From contig DBQP01000007.1 of the NCBI GenBank assembly GCA_002305265.1, forward strand, positions 29,429 to 93,428: a stretch of 64,000 nt of DNA, written 5' to 3'. This stretch comes from Prevotellaceae bacterium UBA1391 (GTDB lineage: Bacteria; Bacteroidota; Bacteroidia; Bacteroidales; Bacteroidaceae). How positions within the stretch are numbered: position 1 is the stretch's first letter; every line of letters starts with the position of its first letter. Shown here one piece after another: positions 17,817-26,825 of this stretch. The position numbers and the translations under genes were made by a program. The notes under the pieces are model-generated. The model saw nothing but the letters and a program-made list of their open reading frames with translations. It was not told the DNA's origin and did no database searches.

Positions 17817-18867
17817 CTAACGTGGCGTTTGGCTGGCGTTCAGCCGCTCCAGCCGTTTGTATTCCTTTTTGGTCAGCCGCATGAAAGAGCCGTGCTGGGG
17901 ATGCCGCACGCCCTGGATGTCGACGGGGTCGGAGAAGTTTCTCAGGTATTTGTCGGCCTTGCAGATGCGGTAGTGCTTGGGGTTGCTGCTGTATTCGATG
18001 TAGGCCACGCGCCATGTGTCGTCGCCGATGAGCTGGAAGGCGCTGCTTCCCTCGCACTTCTTCTTTCCCTCGAAGTCGACGTAGTCGTCGGCGAGGGGCT
18101 CGCTCCATGGGCCGGTCAGGTGCTTGGCCGTGGCGGTGAAGATGCCGGGCTGTCCGCCTTCTTTCTTGATGAGCATGTGGTAGAGGCCGTCGGAAGGCAG
18201 GTAGTTGATGTCGGCGTCAATCGTGGCATAGCCCCAGTCGAACAGCAGTTGCGGCTTGGTGAGCTGGGTGAAGGTCTCGTCGGCATAGGAATAGTACATG
18301 CGGTCGTAGGCCTCCTCGGAGCTGTTCAGCATGGAGTAGTAGATGAGATAGCCGCCACGCCGTCCGTCGGGCCACGTGTATTGGGGGTCCCAGAAGATTT
18401 GCGGGGCCCACACGCGGTGCACCTTCGACCAGTCGCGATAGACGTCGGGGGCGTCGGGATTGCAGAAGATGGCGGGGCCCTGCCGGAAGTCGAAGGTCTT
18501 GGACTCCCAGTGGAGGAGGTCGTCGGAGCGCAGGAGGTCGATGCCGTAGTTGTCCCACACGCGTGAGCGTCCGACGCACATGTCGGTCGTCACCATCAGA
18601 TAGCCGCGCCCCTTGGCCCGGCGGCAGATGTAGGCATCGCGCTGTCCGCCCTCGATGCGTGCGTGTTGCTGCGGATCCATGATGGGCGCGCCGCCGAGAA
18701 TGTCCGTGTAGTTGTAGCCGTCGCGGCTGATGGCGTATGCCGTGTATTCGCCCGAGCCGCTCATGTGGCAGTAGAGGTAGCCGTAGGTGCCTTTCTGAGG
18801 GTTCTGTGCCGACAGGAAGGAGGCGTTCAGCATGAATACAAGGAGGGCCTGCAAGATGTGTTTCATG
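17817..18867 (-). CDS. Secreted GH43-like five-bladed beta-propeller glycoside hydrolase, first gene of the rhamnose operon
   Basis: ORF 17817..19400, trimmed to MKHILQALLVFMLNASFLSAQ (signal peptide) at 18867. GH43-like motifs GGQRDAYI, VWAPQIFWD and GPWSEP. Only 43 nt separate its stop from the rhaB start. Confidence 0.65.
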
Positions 18868-18902
18868 TATAGGATTGGTAGTAATGGTGTGGAAAGATAG
18901 TG

Positions 18903-18910
18903 CAAAGATA
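18903..18910 (-). promoter_or_regulatory. Bacteroidota -7 box (TATCTTTG on minus strand) for the GH43-rhaBA-MFS-rhaD operon
   Basis: Plus strand reads CAAAGATA, 36 nt upstream of the ATG at 18867. Confidence 0.4.
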
Positions 18911-19081
18911 AAGATTTTCTGCAGAAATCGCGCGGATGTGTTGCGAAAAGTTGGAACTGCGGCTCACTTTGCCGTGCGCCGGAATTGTATTTGTTCCGTT
19001 GTTTCCGCGTGTATAGGCTTTGCCGTGGCGACGTCGCTTCGCCCTGCACGTTCGGTTCGTGGGAAGGGGAGACGACAACGG

Positions 19082-19135
19082 GAAGGCCTTCGTCTCGTGT
19101 CGGGAAGGCCTTCCCGTCGTGCCAAGAAGGCCTCC
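19082..19135. repeat. Triple-palindrome element, locus B: GAAGGCCTTC-N12-GAAGGCCTTC-N12-GAAGGCCTCC
   Basis: 10-mers start at 19082, 19104 and 19126, spaced 22 bp. Confidence 0.9.
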
Positions 19136-19245
19136 CGTCGTATGGAAAATGTTGCCTGCCGTGCGCGCTGGCGAAGCGGCCTGACAGTGTTGCGGGGGCT
19201 GTCAGGGGCTGCCGGTGGGGTGCTGCTGCCGGGCGGCTGGCTGTG

Positions 19246-20073
19246 TCAGAGCGTGATGTCGCGCAGGCTGTGTCGTCCGACGAAGCGGCTGCGGTCGACG
19301 TCGCCGCGGACGCCGTCGATGCGTCCGGAGGCGGTGTACTGCCAGATGACGTAGTCGTCGCCGCCGCTGAGCTGGGGCTGTTCGAAGATGTAGGCGGCAA
19401 TCATGAACGGGTATTCTCCGTAGCCTTTGCCATAGAAGTGCTTGTTGTAGAAGTTGCGGCCGGTGTAGATCATCGGGCGCTTGCCGAAGGTTTGCGTGAC
19501 GAGCCGCAGGAGCTCCTTGAGGCGGGCATGAAAGACGTCGTCGCTGACGCGGTTGGTGGCCTCGACGTCGATGATGGGGATGAGATCCTGCTGGCGCAGG
19601 TCGACCATGCTCATGAAGTTGCTCAGTTGTTTCTGCGCCGTCACGTTGGCCCGGAAGAAGTGGTAGCTCCCCACCTTGAGACCGGCGCGCCTGGCTTCGC
19701 GCACATTGGTCTGATAGTAGCTGTCCTGATTGCTCTCGCCTTCCGACGCCTTGATGTAGACATAGCTCACTTCGGGGTGTCGGGCCACGCGGTCCCAGTC
19801 GATGCGGCCTTGATAGTGGCTCACGTCGATGCCGTGGAGGGTGGCTGTCTGGTGGGTGAAGCCGAAGAAGGCAGGCTGTTCCAGCGTCCGTGGATGGCTG
19901 TCGGGACGGGCGCGGCGGGTGAGCGGATCGGGCTCCGGCGGAGCCATCTCGCTGTTGGCTGGCTTCGGCTTGCGCTTGCTGGCAAGCGCAGCGGAGGGCA
20001 GTGCGAAGGCCAAGGCAAGCAGACAGAGGCAGATCCACTGGGCGCGTATGTCGGTCTTGGGATGTGATGGCAT
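19246..20073 (-). CDS. GH25 muramidase (lysozyme), secreted
   Basis: ORF trimmed to MPSHPKTDIRAQWICLCLLALAFALPSAA at 20073. Carries the GH25 signature HGIDVSHYQGRIDWDRV...YIKASEG...GSYHF. Confidence 0.8.
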   Translation of the reverse strand: MPSHPKTDIRAQWICLCLLALAFALPSAALASKRKPKPANSEMAPPEPDPLTRRARPDSHPRTLEQPAFFGFTHQTATLHGIDVSHYQGRIDWDRVARHPEVSYVYIKASEGESNQDSYYQTNVREARRAGLKVGSYHFFRANVTAQKQLSNFMSMVDLRQQDLIPIIDVEATNRVSDDVFHARLKELLRLVTQTFGKRPMIYTGRNFYNKHFYGKGYGEYPFMIAAYIFEQPQLSGGDDYVIWQYTASGRIDGVRGDVDRSRFVGRHSLRDITL

Positions 20074-20212
20074 GAGGACGTGGAAAAGTGGGAGGTGGGA
20101 GAGGGCTGGCGGGCAGTCGTGCCAACAGGGGACCGGGCCGGGCATGCGGCGGCCGCGCGGGCGACGCACCATTGGGGCGAGGCCGCAAGGGCGGACTGCT
20201 GAAAAATTGTCA

Positions 20213-20220
20213 CAAAAGTA
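20213..20220 (-). promoter_or_regulatory. Candidate -7 box (TACTTTTG on minus strand) upstream of the GH25 gene
   Basis: Plus strand reads CAAAAGTA, about 140 nt upstream of the ATG at 20073. Confidence 0.3.
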
Positions 20221-20319
20221 GAGAAATTACCCCACTTTAGCAATTTTGCTCCTGCGGCCGCGTGTTTTTTTAAAGAATATTAGGGATTTCAATGGGCAGA
20301 AGGAGCGGTGGGCAGTGCC

Positions 20320-21744
20320 TCAGCGGATGCGGACCTGCAGCGGTGTGTCGATTTCTTTTTTCCAGTCGGGCAAGGAGTGGAACCAGCTTTCGGCCGTGGG
20401 ATAGCCAAAGGTCTCCTTGGCGGCGGTGAAGGAAACATGGTAGTGCGTGGTGAGCAGGATGGGGGCGCGGCTGGAGGTGGTGCGGTTGCGCTGTCCGTCC
20501 GCTGGACGGAGCGCGCTGCGGCGCGTGGTCGTGCTGCGCCGGGCGGAGAGGGCGGGACGCTGGGCGGCGGTGCGGTTGCGTCGCGCGTCGCGGGCCTTGG
20601 CGTCGTCGCTGGGACGGGTGCGCAGGCCAACGACTTGGTGGAGCGGCAGGTCGTGGGTCGTCGCGCGGGCTTCGGCGGGCACATAGAGCGCCATGCCAAC
20701 GCTCTCGGGTGCGTAGAGAGCCTTGTTGGCTTCGCTCGACTGTTCGGGATAGTCTGTGCCCCAGGTAGCGTAGAGGCCCTGTGGGAGCCCTTCGGCCACG
20801 ACGGCTGTCGTGCCGATTTTCTGCAGTCCAGTGCAGAGCTGGGGATCCGCGGAGGTGGCGGACGAGGTCATCAGCAGGGTGGCGCGCACCTCGAGGTCGC
20901 GATGTCCGGCGTAGAGCGTGTAGGTGGTGCTCACGTCGGCCGTGCCTCCGCTCAAGCGGGCGCCGAGGTCGTCCATGCGGATGATGGTGCGCACGGGGCC
21001 GCTGCAGAGGATGCGCTGGCGGCGGATGGCGACGTCGCGCCAGTCGCCCACGCTGCTCGTGGCGGCGTTCCAGGGACGGAGCGTGCCGCACCCGATGCTC
21101 TGTCCGGCCCAGAGTACGTCGCAGCCATAGGACTCGTCGTTGAGCTGAGGGGCGGAGGTATAGAAGTGGGTGGTGGGAATCTCGAGGCGCGGCAGGCGCT
21201 TGGCGTAGAGGTCGATGTTCTGCCGGTGGTCGAAGTAGATGCGGTAGGCCACGAGTTCCGACTCGATGGCGGGTCCGTGGTGGTAGAGGGCGGGGTAGAG
21301 ATTGCTGGCGCCGGGTGCCTCGATGGCGGTGATGGCGGGGTGGGCGCCGCCGCGGTCGTCGAGCATGAGTTCGGCATGGAGACGCGGAGCAGGCGAACCC
21401 TCAGTGGTGGGAGGGGCCTGCGGGAGGAGCGTGACGGCATAGGAGAGGGTGGCTTTGGGACCGATGGTGCTCAGAAAGACCAGCTCGTCGGGTTGCCCGT
21501 CTTGGTCGAGGTCGTCGATTTGGGCGGGAACGGGCTGTCCGTTCAAGCGGACGACGGCGGCGGCTGGTTGGAAACCAAGCCCCTTGACGTCGGCCAGCCG
21601 GATGACGACGGGGGCGTCGGTGCGTGGCAGGTCGAGCGGGTTGCGGACGGTGAGGGTGAGCTCGTGTGGCCTGACGGTGGCGGCCAGTGAGGTGCAGGGG
21701 TGCGCTGTGGCCAGGAGCAGGAGGGCAAGGAGGGTGTGTTTCAT
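20320..21744 (-). CDS. DUF4861-like secreted protein
   Basis: ORF 20320..21972, trimmed to MKHTLLALLLLATAHP... at 21744. The pattern LTVRNPLDLPRTDAPVVIRL...LVAYRIYFDHRQNIDLYAKR resembles the DUF4861 family as recalled from memory. The start overlaps the upstream stop by 4 nt (ATGA). Confidence 0.6.
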   Translation of the reverse strand: MKHTLLALLLLATAHPCTSLAATVRPHELTLTVRNPLDLPRTDAPVVIRLADVKGLGFQPAAAVVRLNGQPVPAQIDDLDQDGQPDELVFLSTIGPKATLSYAVTLLPQAPPTTEGSPAPRLHAELMLDDRGGAHPAITAIEAPGASNLYPALYHHGPAIESELVAYRIYFDHRQNIDLYAKRLPRLEIPTTHFYTSAPQLNDESYGCDVLWAGQSIGCGTLRPWNAATSSVGDWRDVAIRRQRILCSGPVRTIIRMDDLGARLSGGTADVSTTYTLYAGHRDLEVRATLLMTSSATSADPQLCTGLQKIGTTAVVAEGLPQGLYATWGTDYPEQSSEANKALYAPESVGMALYVPAEARATTHDLPLHQVVGLRTRPSDDAKARDARRNRTAAQRPALSARRSTTTRRSALRPADGQRNRTTSSRAPILLTTHYHVSFTAAKETFGYPTAESWFHSLPDWKKEIDTPLQVRIR

Positions 21745-22670
21745 CGGATGAGCAGGATTTGGAGCCAGTCGTGTAGGAAGCCGGCGTAGCGGTTCTGGGA
21801 ATCGGTGAGGAGGAGGAGCGTGCGGCTGCCGTCGGCCAGAGTGGGGCCCCAGCAGAGCGCCTCGTAGTTGGCAAAGGAGCGCGAGGTGAGTGACATGCGG
21901 GTGCGCACGTGCCAGAGAAGGGTCTTGTGAAGTGTGGCCGTGTCGAAGATGTATAGGCTGCAGCGCGTCCAAGCCCCGATCTTCCGCTTTGGCACGTAGA
22001 CCTCACGTTCCAACACGAGCAGGCGCGAGTCGGCATAGTGGAGTACGGCGCTCACGCCGTGTGCGTGGTTGCGACCGGCCTTGCTGGCTTTGGGTGCGTC
22101 GAGTGGATAGTGGAGCGTGCGCAGGGGCTGGAGCTCGGTGTCGAGCTGGATGAGCCGCGCAACACCTGCTCCATTGTTTTCTTCCATCGCCCAGACGGTG
22201 TGGGAGGTGGGGTCGTAGCAGAGTCCCTCGAGGCCATGGTTGGAGATGGGATGGGGAAGGAGTGCGGCGCTGCTGCGTCCGGTGAGTTGTCCGTCGCGCG
22301 TGTACTCGATGAGCCGGCTGTCGGCCTCTCCGGCCACGAGCAGCGTGTGGGTGTGGGGCAGCAGGCAAATGTCCTCGGCATCGCGGTTGGGCAGAGAGGA
22401 GAAGTGGGAGGCGCGGAGGGCGACTTGCTGGAGGTGGAGCTGGCCGCTGATGCTGTCGATGGGCATGGAAAGAATGCAGAAACCGTCGTGTGCCGACTGG
22501 TCGTCGACGACTGCGTAGTCGTCTCGGCTGATGCGGGTGAGGCCGCTGTAGTTGGCGGCCGGCAGCTGCTTGTCGAGCTTGACGGGACGCAAGGCCTGCT
22601 GCAGGCGCTGGGCCGACAGCGGAAGGCTCAGACAGAGCAAAAGCGTGAGGCAGAGGGAAATGGGTTTCAT
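21741..22670 (-). CDS. Secreted beta-propeller protein, esterase-like-activity-of-phytase family (tentative)
   Basis: ORF trimmed to MKPISLCLTLLLCLSLPLSAQ at 22670. Contains ...NHGLEGLCYDP...WAMEE.... The family assignment is by recollection of pfam13449-like motifs only. Confidence 0.5.
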   Translation of the reverse strand: MKPISLCLTLLLCLSLPLSAQRLQQALRPVKLDKQLPAANYSGLTRISRDDYAVVDDQSAHDGFCILSMPIDSISGQLHLQQVALRASHFSSLPNRDAEDICLLPHTHTLLVAGEADSRLIEYTRDGQLTGRSSAALLPHPISNHGLEGLCYDPTSHTVWAMEENNGAGVARLIQLDTELQPLRTLHYPLDAPKASKAGRNHAHGVSAVLHYADSRLLVLEREVYVPKRKIGAWTRCSLYIFDTATLHKTLLWHVRTRMSLTSRSFANYEALCWGPTLADGSRTLLLLTDSQNRYAGFLHDWLQILLIR

Positions 22671-22727
22671 GCGCGCAAAGATACAATATATCGACGAGGG
22701 CACAAATCAAAAATGGAAATAAATTCG

Positions 22728-22735
22728 TAACTTTG
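22728..22735 (+). promoter_or_regulatory. Bacteroidota -7 box (TAACTTTG) immediately upstream of mtaB
   Basis: TAACTTTGCAGGCATG: only 5 nt separate the box from the ATG at 22741. Confidence 0.45.
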
Positions 22736-22740
22736 CAGGC

Positions 22741-24084
22741 ATGATAGATTACAGCGTTTTGCAAGGTAAAAAGGCGGCTTACTTCACGTTGGGCTGCAAA
22801 CTGAACTTTGCCGAGACTTCGACCATCGGCGAGCAGCTCAAGGGCTTCGGCGTGAGCACTGCGACGGACGGTGAGTCGGCAGATTTGTGCCTCATCAATA
22901 CGTGTTCCGTGACGGAGACGGCGGACCACAAATGCCGTCAGGCCATTCACAAACTGGTCAAGGAGAATCCGGAAGCCTACGTCGTCGTCTTCGGATGCTA
23001 CGCGCAGTTGCAGCCTCAGTTGCTGGCAGACATCCCGGGCGTTGACCTGGTGGTCGGTGCGGAGCATAAGGGACAGCTCATCGAACTGATACAGGAAGGC
23101 ATGTCGGGCAGCGGCGAACTGGAGGCGCATCGCCTGACAGTGGCGACGGCAGACATCCGGACGTTTGTGCCAAGTTGCAGCCGTGGCGACCGAACGCGCT
23201 ATTTCCTGAAGGTGCAGGACGGCTGCAATTACTATTGTACGTACTGCACGATTCCCAAAGCCCGCGGGCGAAGCCGCAACGGCAGCATCGAATCGCTGGT
23301 GGAGCAGGCGCGGGGTGTGGCGGCGGAAGGCGGCCGGGAGATTGTCATTACGGGTGTGAACATCGGAGACTTCGGGCACTCGACGGGCGAGACTTTCTTT
23401 GATCTCGTGCGGGCGCTAGACGAGGTGGAGGGCATCGAGCGCTACCGCATCTCGTCGATTGAGCCCAACCTGCTGACCGACGACATCATTGAATATGTGG
23501 CGCGCTCGCGTGCCTTCATGCCGCACTTCCACATCCCGCTACAGAGTGGAAGCGATGAAGTGCTGCAGCTGATGCGCCGTCGGTATGACACGTCGCTGTT
23601 CCGTCGCAAGATAGAGCGCATCAAGGAACTCCTGCCGGAGGCTTTCATCGGTGTCGACGTGATGACAGGATGCAGGGGTGAGCGCCCGGAGTTTTTTGAG
23701 GCGGCCTATCGTTTCATCGAGTCGCTGCCGGTGACACAGTTGCACGTGTTCCCCTACTCGGAGCGCCCAGGCACGAAGGCGCTGGACATCGATTACGTGG
23801 TGCCGAACGAAGAGAAAAAGGAGCGGAGCAAGAGGCTGCTGGAACTGAGTGCGCAAAAGACGCACGACTTCTATGCGTCGTTCATCGGCCAGGAACGTCC
23901 GGTGCTGTTCGAGCATGCGCCGAAAGGCCGCCGCATGCACGGGTTTACGGACAATTACATCCGTGTGGAGGTAGACAATCACCCTCTGCTCGACGGTCGG
24001 ATTCTGCCCGTGATGCTGGGGGACTTCAACCGCAAGGGGGATGCCCTGGTGGGGCAGTTGCCACCGGATGCGATGGACGTGTAG
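22741..24084 (+). CDS. mtaB: tRNA t6A37 methylthiotransferase MtaB (radical SAM)
   Basis: N-terminal UPF0004 domain (YFTLGCKLNFAE), radical-SAM motif CNYYCTYCTIP and a TRAM-like C-terminus. Confidence 0.9.
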   Translation: MIDYSVLQGKKAAYFTLGCKLNFAETSTIGEQLKGFGVSTATDGESADLCLINTCSVTETADHKCRQAIHKLVKENPEAYVVVFGCYAQLQPQLLADIPGVDLVVGAEHKGQLIELIQEGMSGSGELEAHRLTVATADIRTFVPSCSRGDRTRYFLKVQDGCNYYCTYCTIPKARGRSRNGSIESLVEQARGVAAEGGREIVITGVNIGDFGHSTGETFFDLVRALDEVEGIERYRISSIEPNLLTDDIIEYVARSRAFMPHFHIPLQSGSDEVLQLMRRRYDTSLFRRKIERIKELLPEAFIGVDVMTGCRGERPEFFEAAYRFIESLPVTQLHVFPYSERPGTKALDIDYVVPNEEKKERSKRLLELSAQKTHDFYASFIGQERPVLFEHAPKGRRMHGFTDNYIRVEVDNHPLLDGRILPVMLGDFNRKGDALVGQLPPDAMDV

Positions 24085-24265
24085 GTGGAAACAAACGGAG
24101 GCAGTAAGTGGCGACGCCGATGGTGAGGAGGTGCAGACTGGCGGCGCGTTTGGTTTTCTTGCCCGGTGCACGGTTTTACACCCCAATGCATCGAATTGGT
24201 GTGCGCAAGGCACAGCCCAGAGAGATTCAATGATACCATTTTCAACGAAAAAGTAAGAATAAAGA

Positions 24266-25291
24266 GTGCTTTCAGTAGTCATACTCAACTGGAACGGTGC
24301 GGAGATGATGCGCCGCTATTTGCCTTCGGTGTTGCGGTGCAGCACGATGGAAGGTGTGGAGGTGGTCGTGGCGGACAATGCCTCGACGGATGATTCCGTG
24401 GAGATGCTTCGGCGCGACTTCCCGCAGGTGCGTCTGATACAGCTTGACCAGAACTATGGTTTTGCGGAGGGATACAACCGTGCGTTGGCGCAATTGCCTG
24501 ACTCGGCATACTATCTGTTGCTCAACAGCGATGTGGAGGTGCGCCAGGAGGGTTGGTTGAGACCGATGCTGCAATATATGGATGCGCATCCGGAATGTGC
24601 GGCATGTCAGCCCAAGTTGCTCAGTCTGCGCAATCCGCAGAACTTTGAATACGCGGGGGCAGCTGGAGGTTACCTCGACTGTTTTGGCTATCCCTATTGC
24701 CGAGGACGCGTGATGCAGACGGTGGAGAAGGATGAGGGGCAGTATGACGAGGTGCGTCCGCTGCTTTGGGCAACGGGCGCTGCGCTGCTGGTGCGCGCAG
24801 AAGACTTTCGGGAAGCTGGCGGACTGGATGGCCGCTTCTTTGCACACATGGAGGAAATCGACCTGTGTTGGCGACTGCGGCTGATGGGGCGCTCAATCGT
24901 GTGCGTTTCTGCTTCGACGGCCTACCATCTCGGAGGCGCCACACTGGAGCAGGGCAACCCGCGGAAAACTTTTTTCAATTTCCGTAACTCTTTGATGATG
25001 CTTTACAAGAATTTGTCGGATGAGCGCCTCTCCGCTGTGATGGGTTGGCGCAAGGTGCTCGACTATGTGGCCGCGCTGCAATTCCTGCTCAAGCGGGACT
25101 GGGCGAATGCGAAGGCTGTGTTTCGTGCACGGCGTGAATTTCTGCGGATTCGACCGCAATTGGAAGCGGATCGTCGGCGCATTCAGCAGCGTGCCGGTAA
25201 ACATGATGGTCGATTGCTCGCGCCATACAGTATTCTGTGGCAGTACTATGTTCGTGGACGCAAGACGTTTTCGTCTTTGCCGCAAGGCTGA
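24266..25291 (+). CDS. Family 2 glycosyltransferase
   Basis: LSVVILNWNG...VVVADNASTDDS...NYGFAEGYN...NSDVEV, the GT2 (rhamnosyltransferase-like) pattern. GTG start at 24266. Confidence 0.85.
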   Translation: MLSVVILNWNGAEMMRRYLPSVLRCSTMEGVEVVVADNASTDDSVEMLRRDFPQVRLIQLDQNYGFAEGYNRALAQLPDSAYYLLLNSDVEVRQEGWLRPMLQYMDAHPECAACQPKLLSLRNPQNFEYAGAAGGYLDCFGYPYCRGRVMQTVEKDEGQYDEVRPLLWATGAALLVRAEDFREAGGLDGRFFAHMEEIDLCWRLRLMGRSIVCVSASTAYHLGGATLEQGNPRKTFFNFRNSLMMLYKNLSDERLSAVMGWRKVLDYVAALQFLLKRDWANAKAVFRARREFLRIRPQLEADRRRIQQRAGKHDGRLLAPYSILWQYYVRGRKTFSSLPQG

Positions 25292-25400
25292 CCGCAGTTT
25301 CTGCGGATGCGCTTCCGTCGTTTTCAGTCTGCGGAGATTCTTACCCAGCAAAAAAGCGATTTCTTTGTTGCAACGCGATAGAAAATTCGTGTTTTTGTCG

Positions 25401-25408
25401 TATCTTTG
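25401..25408 (+). promoter_or_regulatory. Bacteroidota -7 box (TATCTTTG) for phoH
   Basis: Match to TAnnTTTG, 62 nt upstream of the ATG at 25471. Confidence 0.4.
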
Positions 25409-25470
25409 CAGCAAGAATTCATCTAAAATAGTTTCAAATTCCCAACATTCACACCTCTAATTGCAAGTAC

Positions 25471-26484
25471 ATGATAGAAAAGCATCTCGTGCTGGACGAC
25501 GTTGACCTACGTACCTTCTATGGTGTAAACAATATCCACCTGCAAATGCTGAAATCGCTCTATCCCAAATTGCGGATTATGGCGCGTGGAAACATCATCA
25601 AAGTATTGGGCGACGAACTGGAAATGTGTGCGTTTGAGGAGAATATCGGGAAGATGAAAGCGCACTGCGCCAAATACAACTCGCTGGACGAGGAGGTGAT
25701 TCTTAGCATCGTGAAAGGGCAGAAGACGAAGCAAGACGCCAGCGAGGACGGCAACGTCATCTGCTACAGCGTCAGCGGCAAGCCCATTCAACCGCGCAGT
25801 GAGAACCAGTTGAAACTTGTCGACTCGTATCGAACGAACGACATGCTCTTTGCGATTGGGCCGGCGGGAAGTGGCAAAACCTACATCAGCATCGCACTGG
25901 CGGTGCGCGCATTGAAAAATAAGGAGATTCGCAAGATTATCTTGTCGCGCCCCGCTGTTGAGGCAGGAGAGAAGCTCGGCTTCCTTCCGGGCGACATGAA
26001 AGAAAAAATCGACCCCTATCTGCAGCCGCTCTACGACGCCCTGCAGGATATGATTCCTGCGCAGAAACTGAATGAATATATGGAAACGAATGTCATTCAG
26101 ATAGCGCCGCTGGCTTTTATGCGCGGCAGGACGCTGAATGATGCGGTCGTCATCCTGGATGAGGCGCAGAACACGACAACCCAGCAGATCAAGATGTTTC
26201 TGACCCGCATGGGGCAGAACACGAAGATGATCGTGACGGGCGACCTCACCCAGATCGACCTTCCGCATTCCGTTCGCTCCGGTCTGCTGCAAGCCACTCA
26301 GGTGCTGTCCGAAGTCGACGGAATCTCCTTTGTGCAAATGAGCGAGAAAGACATTGTGCGTCATCGCCTCGTCACGCGAATTGTGAATGCGTACGACGCA
26401 TTCGACAAGGCGGAGGCAGAACGCAAACAACGCGAAAAAGAACTGAAGAAGCAGGCAACGGATCAGCTTCAGTCTGCACTCTGA
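25471..26484 (+). CDS. phoH: PhoH family ATPase
   Basis: Walker A motif GPAGSGKTY plus ...RPAVEAGEKLGFLPGD...DEAQN...GDLTQIDLP, typical of PhoH. Confidence 0.9.
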   Translation: MIEKHLVLDDVDLRTFYGVNNIHLQMLKSLYPKLRIMARGNIIKVLGDELEMCAFEENIGKMKAHCAKYNSLDEEVILSIVKGQKTKQDASEDGNVICYSVSGKPIQPRSENQLKLVDSYRTNDMLFAIGPAGSGKTYISIALAVRALKNKEIRKIILSRPAVEAGEKLGFLPGDMKEKIDPYLQPLYDALQDMIPAQKLNEYMETNVIQIAPLAFMRGRTLNDAVVILDEAQNTTTQQIKMFLTRMGQNTKMIVTGDLTQIDLPHSVRSGLLQATQVLSEVDGISFVQMSEKDIVRHRLVTRIVNAYDAFDKAEAERKQREKELKKQATDQLQSAL

Positions 26485-26556
26485 CAGAAATGTGAGAGGT
26501 TCGCTCATCCAATTCCGTTTCCCCTTCGTCCTTTTGTATTCACACGTTGTACGTTT

Positions 26557-26752
26557 TTCCGCTGCGTACCCGCTGATACAACCACAGCCCGCCGGAGCAT
26601 CGCCTTTGCTTGGCTGTTGATACAACCGCAGCTCACAGAAACTATTCCGCTGCGTACCCGCTGATACAACCACAGCCCGCCGGAGCATCGCCTCTGCTTG
26701 GCTGTTGATACAACCGCAGCTCACAGAAACTATTCCGCTGCGTGGCCGCTGT
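26557..26752. repeat. 88-bp tandem repeat, 2.2 copies, with an internal 44-bp sub-period
   Basis: Unit starts at 26557, 26645 and 26733 (the last partial). Copies 1 and 2 differ at one position. The core box TGATACAACC occurs at 26574, 26618, 26662 and 26706, exactly 44 bp apart. Confidence 0.9.
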
Positions 26753-26825
26753 GGAATCGCTGCTGACTGGTTGTTTTGTATTTTCATGGAGAATATTGTG
26801 CATACCCGTTAAATCAATAATAAGA

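Noticed and set aside
19246-20073. GH25 lysozyme as a prophage lysis gene
   Set aside because: It has a signal peptide and no holin, portal, terminase, integrase or other phage genes in the neighbourhood. The flanking genes are ordinary chromosomal carbohydrate-related genes.
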